A stretch of DNA of 64,000 bases from positions 186,001-250,000 of the forward strand of contig CT868017.1 in the NCBI GenBank assembly GCA_000165425.1, written 5' to 3'. A program made the translations under genes and the position numbers. Below, one piece after another: positions 53,553 to 64,000 of this stretch; position 1 is the first letter of the stretch, and each line of letters starts with the position of its first letter. The notes under the pieces are model-generated. The model saw only the letters and a program-made list of their open reading frames with translations. It ran no database searches and was not told where the DNA came from. The stretch comes from Paramecium tetraurelia. Taxonomy: Eukaryota.

Positions 53553-53944
53553 ATGTCACTTCAAAATCATATATTTTAAGTAAACTCTTTCTTAAACAAG
53601 AGGAAGCACCACCGAAGAAGCCTTTGAGTGCTTATTTCCTGTTTTTAGGAGATGAGAGACATGAAATTATGAAAAATAATCCTGGATCAAAAATATCAGA
53701 GATTACATAAATTGCAGCGTAATAAACTTCTTATCAATTTGATAGACGAATGTGGGCAGAACTTGATGAATAGAGAAAGATAGAATATTAAAAAAGAACA
53801 GGGGTACTACAAAAAGAGTATGAAGTAAAAAAAAAGGAATATGAAGTAAAATATGGTGAAATTAAGAGAAAATCAAAGAAAAAGTAAAGGTAAATTGATC
53901 ATCAAGAGCATGAGAAAAGCGTATAGAAAAAGATTAAAAAATGA
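53553..53944 (+). CDS. HMG-box protein
   Basis: APPKKPLSAYFLFLGDERHEIMKNNPGSKISEITQIAARMWAELDEQRKIEYQKR is a canonical HMG box. Intron near 53719-53745; TGA at 53942-53944. Confidence 0.93.
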
Positions 53945-53959
53945 TAAATACATATTAAA

Positions 53960-55513
53960 TCACAAATCAAATTCACCAAAAATAGTACCTTGAATTATTT
54001 GATCGATATGGTACTCCCATGTTTAATAGAATGGATACCTGTAGATATTTTCAGATTCAATTAATTTGTCTAAAAGATTGTTGTAGTCATCGTTGATAGT
54101 ATAATTTTCCTCATGTGTTTCTTCTTCTTTTATTTCAACCACCTTCTCTTCTTATTGATTTTCATCTTCACCTTCATCAGATTAACTGTCATCCTATTCA
54201 GAGATAGCTGTTGCACCCTTTTATGATCTTCCTCCCTATTTATTTTCGAGGATTGTGTTTCTTTTTTTGTTGAGTGATCCTGAATTACTGATTTATCTTT
54301 TAAGTGGAGTCTTTTCAAATTCTGGAGTTACTTCAGGTTTTTCCATTTCTGGTAACTGTTCACTTTTAGTGCTTCGTACAGATTTCAAAGGGATCTCTTC
54401 CAAAAGAGTCTTAGATCTTGAACTCAATTGTTACTATAATGAAGATATAGGATTGAGTTCTAATTAGGAGAGATCCCTTACAGATGGTTATAAAATGATA
54501 GATTTTTAAGATTTTTATGGATTTCTTTTATTTTTGATACGTTTCCTTTTAGGACTACTAGGAGAATTATTATTGGTTTCCTCCTTCTCAAGATCACTAG
54601 GAGGTTGATCTTCATTAAGTTATATAGATGTAAGAGGAGTAAAAACACTTTCTTTAGGAGATTATTCCTAAGCGATTTTGGGTGTTTCATGAGGTTATAG
54701 AGGAGGAACTTCTATAACCTAGGATTATTGAGGGGTTTCTTCAATCTTTTCTGTGGTTTCTGGAATCTGATCTTCTTATTAAATTTGATCAAAAAGAATG
54801 GCAGATTCTTTTCTGGCCATGACTGGTTTCTTAGGTTTGAGAAGAGTTTTAATTGCTTCCATATGGTTGTACAAATACAGGACTTAATTATCGAGCTTCT
54901 TATTTTACACATAGTAATCATTAAAGTCTTAATAGAGACAATCGTATTCATCTTTGAGACACACCATTGTAACTTAGAAAGTTTCTTATTGATTAGTTTC
55001 TTAATAAAACTGTTGACTAGATAACAGTAATTTCACTTTAATCATTAATTAAGTGATTTTGTCTTTCAATTATTGATCATCTCTATCATTAGTTACACGA
55101 TCTAATCGTATACTGGCAGCAGGTTCTTTAAAAGAATAAATTCTTGGGTCTCGAGATAGACTTCCATCTTCTTTTGGAAGTTAGTACATTAATTATTTTA
55201 ACTTGCTTCTATATTTACTTACAGTATTAATAACTGATGAACTCTAGTTGGCAGGTTGAGTTTAAGTAATCAAATCACTTCCATAACGGAATTCAGCTGT
55301 TTTTAGTTTCTCTTAGCTATTGTAAATTGCAATTGTCATTCCTCGCACTCTTTTTTTTATTGGAGATGGACCATAATATCTTTGAGGACTACTCTAATAT
55401 TTGATCATCGAGGAACTTGATTGATTATAATCACCATAACTGAGACTGAATTGAGAATCTTTAGGTTGTAATTTAAGAGCAGGCAATCTGAATGATGAAG
55501 CCTAAATTCTCAT
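53960..55513 (-). CDS. Hypothetical low-complexity (Pro/Gln/Ser-rich) protein
   Basis: MRIQASSFRLPALKLQPKDSQFS..., long code-6 ORF with an intron near 55202-55222, ending ...YPFYQTWEYHIDQIIQGTIFGEFDL; stop at 53960-53962. Confidence 0.75.
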
Positions 55514-55555
55514 ACTTAAATTAATAATATTTTAATATTTATAAGAAAGAATTTC

Positions 55556-56197
55556 ATGTAGTAAAAGAAAAAAGACTCACCCTTGGTTCAGTTATCAAAA
55601 ACAATGAGTTATTTTTTGAGACACGGTGCCTTGAAGGAAGGTATTCCAATTAGATAGGATGGCTTTGTGCTGGTTTAAGATTTACTCAAATAGCCTTCAA
55701 TCGTAAAATTGAAAGCCGATCTATAAAGCATCAGAAATGTTGTGGATAATAATGACAAAAAACGATTTGAACTAAAAGAAATAGATGGATAATTGTATAT
55801 TAGATGTGTCTAAGGACATACTATTGAAATTAATGAGGAAGAACTATTATAAAAAATAGTTGACCCACAATAATTTCCTGTTATTGTACATGGCACATAC
55901 TTTTAAGCATGGGATTTGATTAAAAATACTGGATTAAATAAAATGGCAAGATAGCATATACATTTTGCAGTTGGATTACCAGGAGATGACGCAGTAATCA
56001 GTGGAATGAGAAACACTTGTGAAGTCATTATAGAGGTGGATATGGAAAAAGCAATGAAGGCAGGCATTTAATTCTATGTATCAAAAAACGGAGTAGTACT
56101 ATCAAGTGGAGTTGATGGTGTTATTGCACCATAATTTTTTAAAAGAGTAACCAATAGAAAAGGATAAGATATCAATTTTTAATAATAATAAATGTGA
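55556..56197 (+). CDS. TPT1: tRNA 2'-phosphotransferase (Tpt1/KptA family)
   Basis: LSKTMSYFLRHGA, DGFV, VVDNNDKKRFEL, IRCVQGHT, IVHGTYFQAWDLIKNTGLNKMARQHIHFA, VISGMRNTC, FYVSKNGVVLSSG. Intronless; TGA at 56195-56197. Confidence 0.96.
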
Positions 56198-56784
56198 TCA
56201 TACAATTAATATATATATTAATCCTGATAGATATTATATAAGATTCTGATAAAGGATAAAAATGAGTATTTGTCTCAAAAAAAGGAGAAATTTATTATAG
56301 ATTTTGTATTATTGTCTAATTTTATGGATAAAATACTTAGAAAAGATTGTTGTAAGCATGAATCACAATAATTTGTTTTATCATAGTCAAATTAAAGATT
56401 ATGATCTTTATATGATAAGGATTAATTGGAGAGTTAAAAGACATACATCTCCTATTTGTAATATACATGGCAATATATCTTATAAAATTGCATAATAATA
56501 TAACAGTCTAGAGATAAAATCTCTTCCGTTAATATTATTGATTTCAAAATACTCAATTCTAATTTTATCCAAAGTAATAAAAATATAAAATAGATTTCAA
56601 TTTAAGACCTAGATAAACTATTGATTATAATAAGAATAGAGAAATCATGTATTACTACCATAAATATCAAATTCTTGTTATAGAAAAGAATTATCATTTT
56701 TTAAGATAACTTAGGAATTGCTAGTTTTGACACAAAAATCTCTTTTTAAAATTGCACAAATATATATATATATAATTTTAATAT

Positions 56785-58738
56785 ATGAATTAACCAATTT
56801 AACTAAATTGTCAAAATCCAAAAAAAGGATACTTAATATAAAGAGGAAAAAGCAAAGCTAGTGAGAATCCAAAGGAGAGACAATCCTTTGCCGAGTATGT
56901 GAACTCTTTGTCAGAATCATAACAATAATTACATACTCATAATAAGTCTCCAAGAAAAGAATCAGTGCCTAAGCGACATCCAACTCTTCCAAAATTAGAA
57001 TTACCTTCTCCAGACGTCTTGAATAAAAGGTTCGTTGTAAATATTGGTAAATGTCCTGTCACTAATTTCCAATCCCCTATTTACAGGCCTAGCTTGGTAA
57101 ATGCTGCTCTAATATTATCGAATTAAAATTAATTCCACAACATTCAATCTCCTAGACACAATTCCTTCGAGACCAGAAAGTCGCTCATTCCTTAATAGAG
57201 ATTATTGCCTATCCATCGAACTTCGGTTAACAATATAAGTGGAAGAAGTGTACTGGATGATGACATGAGTTTGTTCTATTATAAAATCGGAGGAGCTGAA
57301 ACTATAAATCAACTCAATGAGGAGTTTCACCGATATTCAATTCAACACGAGATGATCTCAAGTAAGTAATCAAAACATATGTAGAGATTGATGATTAAGA
57401 AAGATATAAGTAAAGGTTTAAGACCTTCTTGGAATATATTATGGGAAAACCTATATTTTATAATCTAGAACAATTAAAAGAAAAACATAAAGATTTAAGA
57501 CTTAAAAATAGAGATTTCAATTAATTTAAAAACTATTTAATTGTACCAATAATTATTTAATTTAGACATGTTTCTTGAAAGTCAATAAGGCACAATTAGA
57601 TTATGTATTTGAATTCAGTTCAATGATCGAGCAATATCGCTATTGTATTATCAATAGTAATACTCCATTTGCTATTATTTACAACCAGAGAACTGAAAAA
57701 TTAAATACAAAAGATGTTCCTGATCCTATATTATAATTAGCTTAGAGCAGCTACCAAAAGATTTTCTAAGATAACTCCCTAGCACCATATTTTATAGGAA
57801 TTGAAATCAAATAGTAAGCAAGAAAATTAGGCAAGATCTTATCCCAATTAATGGCTTGGGAACAAACCAATGATCAGATTTTAGTCGAGATGAGATAGTC
57901 CCATAAGGGTATGCATTTGACAAATGTCCATTTCACTCTATTTAAATAACATCTTGTGGAGTCGATGCGTTAACTTAACATACAAGAAAAACAGATAGAG
58001 TTGGTGACAACTAGAATGGATGGTTATCGAAGTTACATCATAAATCAAGACTCTTTGTTGGATTATTATGGAGAGCAATCTTCCTTATTGTAAGTTTAGT
58101 AAAAGAAGTATGTCTAATTGTTGAAGAGGGATCCTCGAATGCAAAACTACCCAGCAACTGCGATGGAAAGACATTCTTAATTTATTTTGAGATACCTTAC
58201 TCATTAGCATATACCTACCCTAACTAAAAATGACTTATGGACTATTCATTCCAAATATAATATTGCCACTGAATGGATTGATTCCTTTCGTGATAACTTT
58301 TTCCTTCTTATCAAAAGTCTAAATCTTAATGCTCTAATTATTTAAGATTATGAGGATATCTGGTATAAACTAAGAAACAATCTTACTTAATATCATTCGA
58401 TTGAAAGTAAGATTGGTAAGATGAAAGTTAATCTTGTAATAGCTAAAGTTTAAATAAAATTGTAAGATAATGAAAATTACACAGAATATTTTAAGAATGC
58501 CAATTACTAAATGAATTTGCATCTCCATCGGATAATTGCTTTTATATTAACAGATTAACACATCTACAACTCAAATGATTTAAAGGTCATTCACTAATCA
58601 GTTAAAATTAGAGAAAGTACATTTAATTTGTTTATTTAATTCCTTAAAAATGCTATGTAAGAAGAAGGCATAAGTTCCAGTCTAATTGCTTAGGCCGAAG
58701 AGATTTGTAATTATTATAAAAAGAGTGTGTGCACTTGA
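56785..58738 (+). CDS. Multidomain protein with four tandem truncated (2/2, group I-like) haemoglobin domains and a disordered N-terminus (~635 aa)
   Basis: Domain 1 SLFYYKIGGAETINQL...FLEYIMGKPIFYNLEQLKEKHKDLRLKNRDFNQF. Domain 2 YQKIFQDNSLAPYFIGIEIKQQARKL...MRQSHKGMHLTNVHFTLFKQHL. Domains 3 and 4 carry NDLWTIH and NDLKVIH. Introns at 57362-57384 and 57543-57565; TGA at 58736-58738. Confidence 0.85.
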
Positions 58739-59474
58739 TTGCTATTATCTTATATCTATATAATAATTTTGGTTTTATATTTAATTCTGAATTAAAATTA
58801 TCTAAAATATCAAATATGTTACTAAATCAACCGTTGTAATATTAATATAGTTTTCGTTAGAAATATCGAAAAATGATCTTAATTGATAATTGTTAGACGG
58901 CTTAATCGCTATTAATTCAGTTTACTAATTCTACTTGAGATAAAAGATTTCTATTTAATATCATAAGGTTTAGACTCTTTTATTTATTGATTATTAAACA
59001 TTTAGTAGTCGTTTCTAAAATAGTTTTTCCATTAAAATGATTGCTAATTTTTTTAGTACAAATGTGTCCTTTAAAGAAATTTACTATTAATTACTTCATT
59101 ATCTTCCTTTTTTAATATACTTATTTAGGATGAAATCATGTTTCAATTAGGTTGTACACATTCCTTAATAAAAATAAGTCAAATGGGTTTAGTAAATACT
59201 AAAAATATCAGTTGCTCTTAAAATTCAACATCTCTGCTATATTGATTTATTATCCAAAAACACTTCTAATATCAATCATGATGATGGTTTATTAGCTAAA
59301 TCTTATTTAACGTCATGATAATTATTAATTAAGCATCAAAAAATTGATATCTTATATCTATAATCATCTCATGATTGCTAAGAACTGACAATCATGACCA
59401 AGCAACTAAAATAAATTGACTATGTTATTTAAAGTCATTTGACCAGTAGGCTTTTTAATTTATTAAATTTGAAT

Positions 59475-59741
59475 ATGAGTCAGATAATTGCAGATACATA
59501 AAAATTGAGTGAAAAGAAGAAAGAAGAAATTCAAAACATTGTAAATATAAATTCAAAGAGAGCAGTGTATTGCATTCCATAGCTATTTGTAATTTTAAAG
59601 AATATAGCAACCTTGTTCAACTAGAGAGATAGATTCTACATTATATACCGTAAAATATATCATAAAAATAATGTATTGATAGACATAGACAATAAGCGGT
59701 TAATAGTAATAAGGAGATGTATAACAATTATTTAACTTTGA
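59475..59741 (+). CDS. Possible small hypothetical protein
   Basis: MSQIIADTQKLSEKKKEEIQNI..., ~88 codons ending 26 bp before the TTLL ATG. Intron structure unresolved. Confidence 0.35.
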
Positions 59742-59767
59742 TATAAATATATATTACCAAAAATTAA

Positions 59768-61475
59768 ATGTCAGATAGCGAAAATGAATAATAAAAAAAG
59801 GTTGTCCTCCCTTAAATAATAATGAATGTCTATGACACTCAATATTAAGTGGTTCGTTATGTGGGATAAGAAATACTCAAATGGAAGTTGATTTCAGAAC
59901 CAGAATCATGGGATTGGGATGTTTATTGGACTGATTCTGGAGTCCACGCAGAAATGCTGAGCAAAATGAAATGTACAATTTAAATTAATAATCTTCAAGA
60001 GCATTAAAAAGTTAATCATTTTCCAGGGATGTACATATTGGCCAGAAAAAATAATCTGGGGAAATAATTAACTAAAATGCGTCGACGATTTCCTAAGGAA
60101 TTCAAATTCTTTCCTTTTACATGGATGCTCCCTTCTGATTCTTAAGACTTAAGGGAATATATGAAGGGAAAGGGAAGAGATGAGATTTTAATAGTTAAGC
60201 CTGAAGCATCTTGTTAAGGGAGAGGTAAGAATTAATTGGTAAAGTTCAGGTATTTTCTTAACTAAATCTCTTGACTTCATCAGTCCAACAGAGAAATACG
60301 TAGTGTAAAAGTATTTGGGTGAACCCTTTTTAATTGACGGTTTGAAATTTGATTTTAGAATATATGTTCTCGTCGCTGGATGCGATCCTTTGAGAATATT
60401 TATATACACTGAAGGATTGGCAAGATTTGCAACTGAAAAGTACTTGCCTCCCCATCCTTCAAATTTTGACGATCTTTGTATGCACTTGACTAATTATGCT
60501 ATTAACAAAAATAACGAAAACTTTGTATTTAATGAAGATGTCTAGAGAATGGATATTGGACACAAGAGAAGTATGTCAAGTGTTTTTGAAAAATTAAAAT
60601 AGGAAGGCAGAGATATTGATCAACTGTGGATGGATATCAAATAAATCATAATAAAAACTCTTTGTTCTGCTCAACCTTTTCTTAAACATCAATATACCAC
60701 TAGTCAACCTAATAATCTTATGAATAATATGTGTTTTGAAATCTTGGGATTTGATATTATTTTGGACAATTCCTTCACGTAACTATTTAACCTCTATTTT
60801 AGACCTATTTTATTAGAAATCAATCATAGTCCTTCATTTACTACAGACTCTCCTTTAGATCAATACATCAAGGCTAATTTGATTGAAGACTCACTAGTGT
60901 TGATGAATGTAAACAGGGAAGAGAAATACAGACTGATGTATGTTTTAATTCTTATTAAGATAGGAGAAGCACCAAGAAATGCAAAAACGTATTTTAACAG
61001 GGAGAAATATCAAAATGACATAAGAGGATAGAAAGGCCATTGTTGAATAATATCAATTGATTCGAGATGCCTATGAGGATGAACATCTAGGGGGATTTGA
61101 GAAGATTTATCCATGCGATGAGGAGTATGAGACAGATTATTATACTTAATTTCTGAATTATGCTAGTGACATCTTTGAAGAATCAACGGGTAATTGTGAA
61201 ACATCTATGTAGGTACAAAAAAGATCTAATTGCCTCCAAGTAGAAAAATAACTGGAAGTCCATAAAAATCAATAAAACATGATGCTGCTAAAATCTATGC
61301 TCAACCTTTGAGAGTAGTTGTTTAATCATAACAGCTCTAATCAAGGAAAACTAAATAACATACTTTATTATACAAGTCTATGATCTAACAATAGATTCAA
61401 TAGGAATAACGAAAAATCTAGATCATGATGAAATAGAGGGAATAACTTCAATAAAAATAAAAATATATTTAATGA
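59768..61475 (+). CDS. TTLL6: Tubulin-tyrosine-ligase-like polyglutamylase (TTLL6 type)
   Basis: WDVYWTD, QKVNHFPGMYILARKNNL, FFPFTWMLP, IVKPEASCQGRGIFL, VVQKYLGEPFLIDGLKFDFRIYVLV, EGLARFATEKY, MHLTNYAINK, CFEILGFDIILD, LLEINHSPSFTTDSPLD. About five tiny introns; TGA at 61473-61475. Confidence 0.95.
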
Positions 61476-61485
61476 ATATTTTAAT

Positions 61486-61724
61486 TCGCCTTTATTTTTC
61501 ATTTTCTTCATCTGAAAACCCTAAATCATTCATCAATTCTGTAACACTCTTCTCTATGTCATCAATTCTCTTTCCTTTTTTGGTTGATCTTAATAATAAA
61601 TACCCATATCATCAATTCTTGAAACTATTGTTCCTTACATTTCTTCAAAGCGTTCTGACATTTATTTCAACAATGTTTAAACGAAATTATTTAGTTCCTT
61701 GTTGGTTGGATCTTCACTTGAAAT
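61486..61724 (-). pseudogene. HSBP1: Heat shock factor binding protein 1 homolog with ATT at the expected start and CGA at the expected stop
   Basis: (I)SSEDPTNKELNNFVQTLLKQMSERFEEMQGTIVSRIDDMGKRIDDIEKSVTELMNDLG matches HSBP1. One 29-nt intron at 61575-61603; no in-frame ATG found upstream. Confidence 0.8.
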
Positions 61725-61761
61725 AGTTTTAAATAATATAATTATATATTAATAATATTGA

Positions 61762-62085
61762 ATGAGGAAATTACGAGTAAAGATGATAGCAAAATGTATA
61801 ATTCGGAGTGGCTAGGCTTCAGATCTTAAAAAATTCCAATAATTTAGGTGCTATTCAATACTTATGAAAGAAGAGGAAAGAAAATTCAACATTTAATTTC
61901 ACCTTTTTGACAATAAGGAGATTTCGAATTTAAGTAAACAGATCCAAATTATTGATATAGTCCATAGGTGGTAAACTGAATAAAATTACGATATTAATTC
62001 ATTGAGGTAAGAGGATATGATAGGATAATACTTCAATTTCAGGAAGTTTTAACTTTTCCCTCATTTTAGAATTTACGATATTTGA
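61762..62085 (+). CDS. Possible small hypothetical protein (107 aa)
   Basis: MRKLRVKMIAKCIIRSGQASDLKKFQQFRCYSILMKEEERKF...FRIYDI then TGA, head-to-head with the HSBP1 homolog. Confidence 0.45.
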
Positions 62086-62400
62086 AAAAATAAAATAATT
62101 TAGAACAAGATAAAAATTTAAATCTTGTTTAAAAAAGAAATGGCAATTTAAGTAATAATCAAAGTTTTGACTCCAACTTTTTAAAAATCTGTGCTTTTCA
62201 TTTTCAAATGGCATCCAAATCCATCAAGTGTCTCAATTTGACTTAACAATATAATTATAATTAATGTTTTGGATCTATTATGCTCTAGGCTAATTAGAAG
62301 ATCCATCACGAAGTCACACATTGATTAATATCAATAAATTCTTTAAAATTGTATGGTAAGTATTTGATAACAATAATATAAATAATTTTCAAGTAAAAAT

Positions 62401-64000
62401 ATGCTGACTGAATTTACATCCTTCTTTGATAATTTCGACGTTCTCTATAAAATCAAACATATATGGTCAAAGTTTTAGCAGCCTGTATATGAAGTAAATA
62501 CAAATGTAAATAATCTAGAATGATTCAATTAGTTTTGAATCTGCCTGTCATAAAATATGCAGAAAAAAGAAAAAGCTCAAACCAATTTCAATCTAATTGG
62601 GCTAAGAATAGATGTATCTTTTCAAAGATAAAAGTCCTCATGGAATGCTCCAATTAACAGTAGTGATTATGAGCATCTATAAAACCGATTATGGAAAGGC
62701 TATCAGATTGAAAAGAAATGGATAATATATCGATTTAATTACGTCGGATCCTAACGTTCTCAAGCAATTATTGTAGTAAAAGTGTCTTCAAACTACATTT
62801 CATGATGACTTTACTGTTTCCAAAATGATAGGCAAAGGGAGTTTTGCTAAAGTATATTTAGCAGCCAAAAAATCTACAGGAGTCTAATTTGCAATAAAGG
62901 CATTCAACAAGGAGTTCATGCAAGAATAATTTAGAGGAAAAGAGAGTTTAGAGAATGAGATCAGAGTCATGCGAAGGCTTAACCAAGAAAATCTAGTACA
63001 TTTACATGAGGCCTATGAAACTCAAAATTCAATCTATTTTGTTCTGGATCTATTAGAAGGAGGTGAATTATTTGCAAGAGCTAAGATAAGTCCTTACTCA
63101 ACAGAATGCCTATAAAAATTGATGTACAATTTTCTTAAGGCGCTCTTACACATTCACAGTAGGAAGTGTATTCATAGAGATTTAAAACCGGAAAACTTAT
63201 TGTTAAGAACTTAAGAATACCCAACCGATATTGTTATTGCAGATTTAGGATTAGCAACTTTTCTAAATGAATAGATTATATTTAAAAGGTGTGGGACTCC
63301 TGGATTTGTTGCACCAGAGATTTTAATATATAAGTAAGATGATCCTTTTTATGATGATAAATGCGATATATTTAGTGCTGGTGTGATTTTTTACATCCTA
63401 CTTACAGGCAAGCAACCTTTTTAAGGTTCTGATTACAAAACAATCTTAAGATCCAATAAAAACTGTGAAATTAACTTCAATATAAAGCAAATTTAGTAGG
63501 TACTATAAATATCCATAAATGTAGTCTTCACAACAATTATAGGAACTGTTGAGAAAGATGCTACAATAAAATCCAAAAGATCGGCCTAATGCCGAAGCCT
63601 GTTTGTAACATCCCTATTTCAAAGAAATCTTCGATAAAAATGACTTAATAGAAATTCATGAAAATTTAAATGAATAAAATTAACGTCTATTATTAAAAAA
63701 AGGTAGTTTTGAAAGTTAAGTGGGATCCATGGAATTAATAACTAGATCTCCTGTTTTAAATGGTAGAATTGATTCAGTAGGATCATTATCATATGGTTCA
63801 GTATTAGGGTCATCAACTCGTTTGGAAAAACCACAACTACATCAACAATAATATTAATCTAAATTTAGTCAATTCTGTTAAAATATGAAGAATGTTCAAC
63901 AAGATCAGAATGGCAGTCCTCTAGCATCTCCTTTAAATAAAAGAAAAGATTCATAGGACCTTCATAAATTTGCATTGAAAAACTCTTACTAGTAAAAACA
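62401..64000 (+). CDS. Ser/Thr protein kinase, CAMK group (3' truncated by window)
   Basis: IGKGSFAKVY, FAIKAF, ENEIRVMRRL, LLEGGELF, IHRDLKPENLL, IADLGLA, RCGTPGFVAPE, DIFSAGVIFYILLTGKQPF. Introns near 62506-62532 and 63499-63524; open to the window end. Confidence 0.95.

Noticed and set aside
44674..58738. Functional haem-protein cluster linking cytochrome c and the tetra-globin
   Set aside because: They are ~12 kb apart with many unrelated genes between, and ciliate genes are not organised in operons.
1379..62214. Most ORFs in the supplied track (e.g. 1379-1564, 2000-2263, 4128-4328, 25541-25954, 49314-49586, 54728-55024, 61472-61726)
   Set aside because: They are off-frame or antisense shadows of real genes, caused by treating TAA/TAG as stops. 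Only a few (e.g. 9380, 19520, 20303, 31007, 43450, 52591, 60315) are in-frame fragments of true genes.
1..64000. tRNA/rRNA genes, telomeric repeats, transposons, retained IESs, CRISPR arrays
   Set aside because: None recognised by eye: no C4A2/C3A3 tracts, transposase or RT motifs, or spaced direct repeats, and no TA-bounded insertion distinguishing the paralogous coding regions. A tRNAscan/Rfam run would be needed to exclude small RNAs in the longer spacers (48600-49290, 56200-56780, 58740-59470).

Overview
AT-rich ciliate macronuclear DNA, most likely Paramecium. TAA/TAG read as Gln, TGA is the only stop, introns are tiny (about 20-30 nt, GT..AG) and many intergenic spacers are only 15-65 bp. 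The supplied ORF track treats TAA/TAG as stops, so it fragments or misses nearly every gene; all calls here come from manual re-translation with code 6. The first ~41.6 kb is a tandem duplication (offset ~21.6 kb, an 84-N gap at the junction) of a three-gene unit: giant cysteine-rich multi-pass surface protein A, related giant protein B, and a cyclic-nucleotide-binding-domain K+ channel. A1, B2 and channel copy 1 read intact. B1 and A2 carry frameshifts, and channel copy 2 is a decayed 5' relic. The copies alternate hypervariable N-terminal ectodomain segments with near-identical tracts. The last ~22 kb is gene-dense: a MORN-like gene, gamma-SNAP, a divergent cytochrome c, a dual-specificity phosphatase, a repeat/coiled-coil protein, an IQ-MORN protein, a membrane protein, an HMG-box protein, Tpt1, a protein with four tandem truncated (2/2) haemoglobin domains and an N-terminal KCPV motif, a TTLL6-type glutamylase, an HSBP1 homolog lacking canonical start and stop codons, and a CAMK-group kinase running off the end. 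The most notable items are the tetra-domain truncated haemoglobin and the paired, locally hypervariable receptor-like A/B module. Coordinates were read by eye and exon boundaries are predictions.
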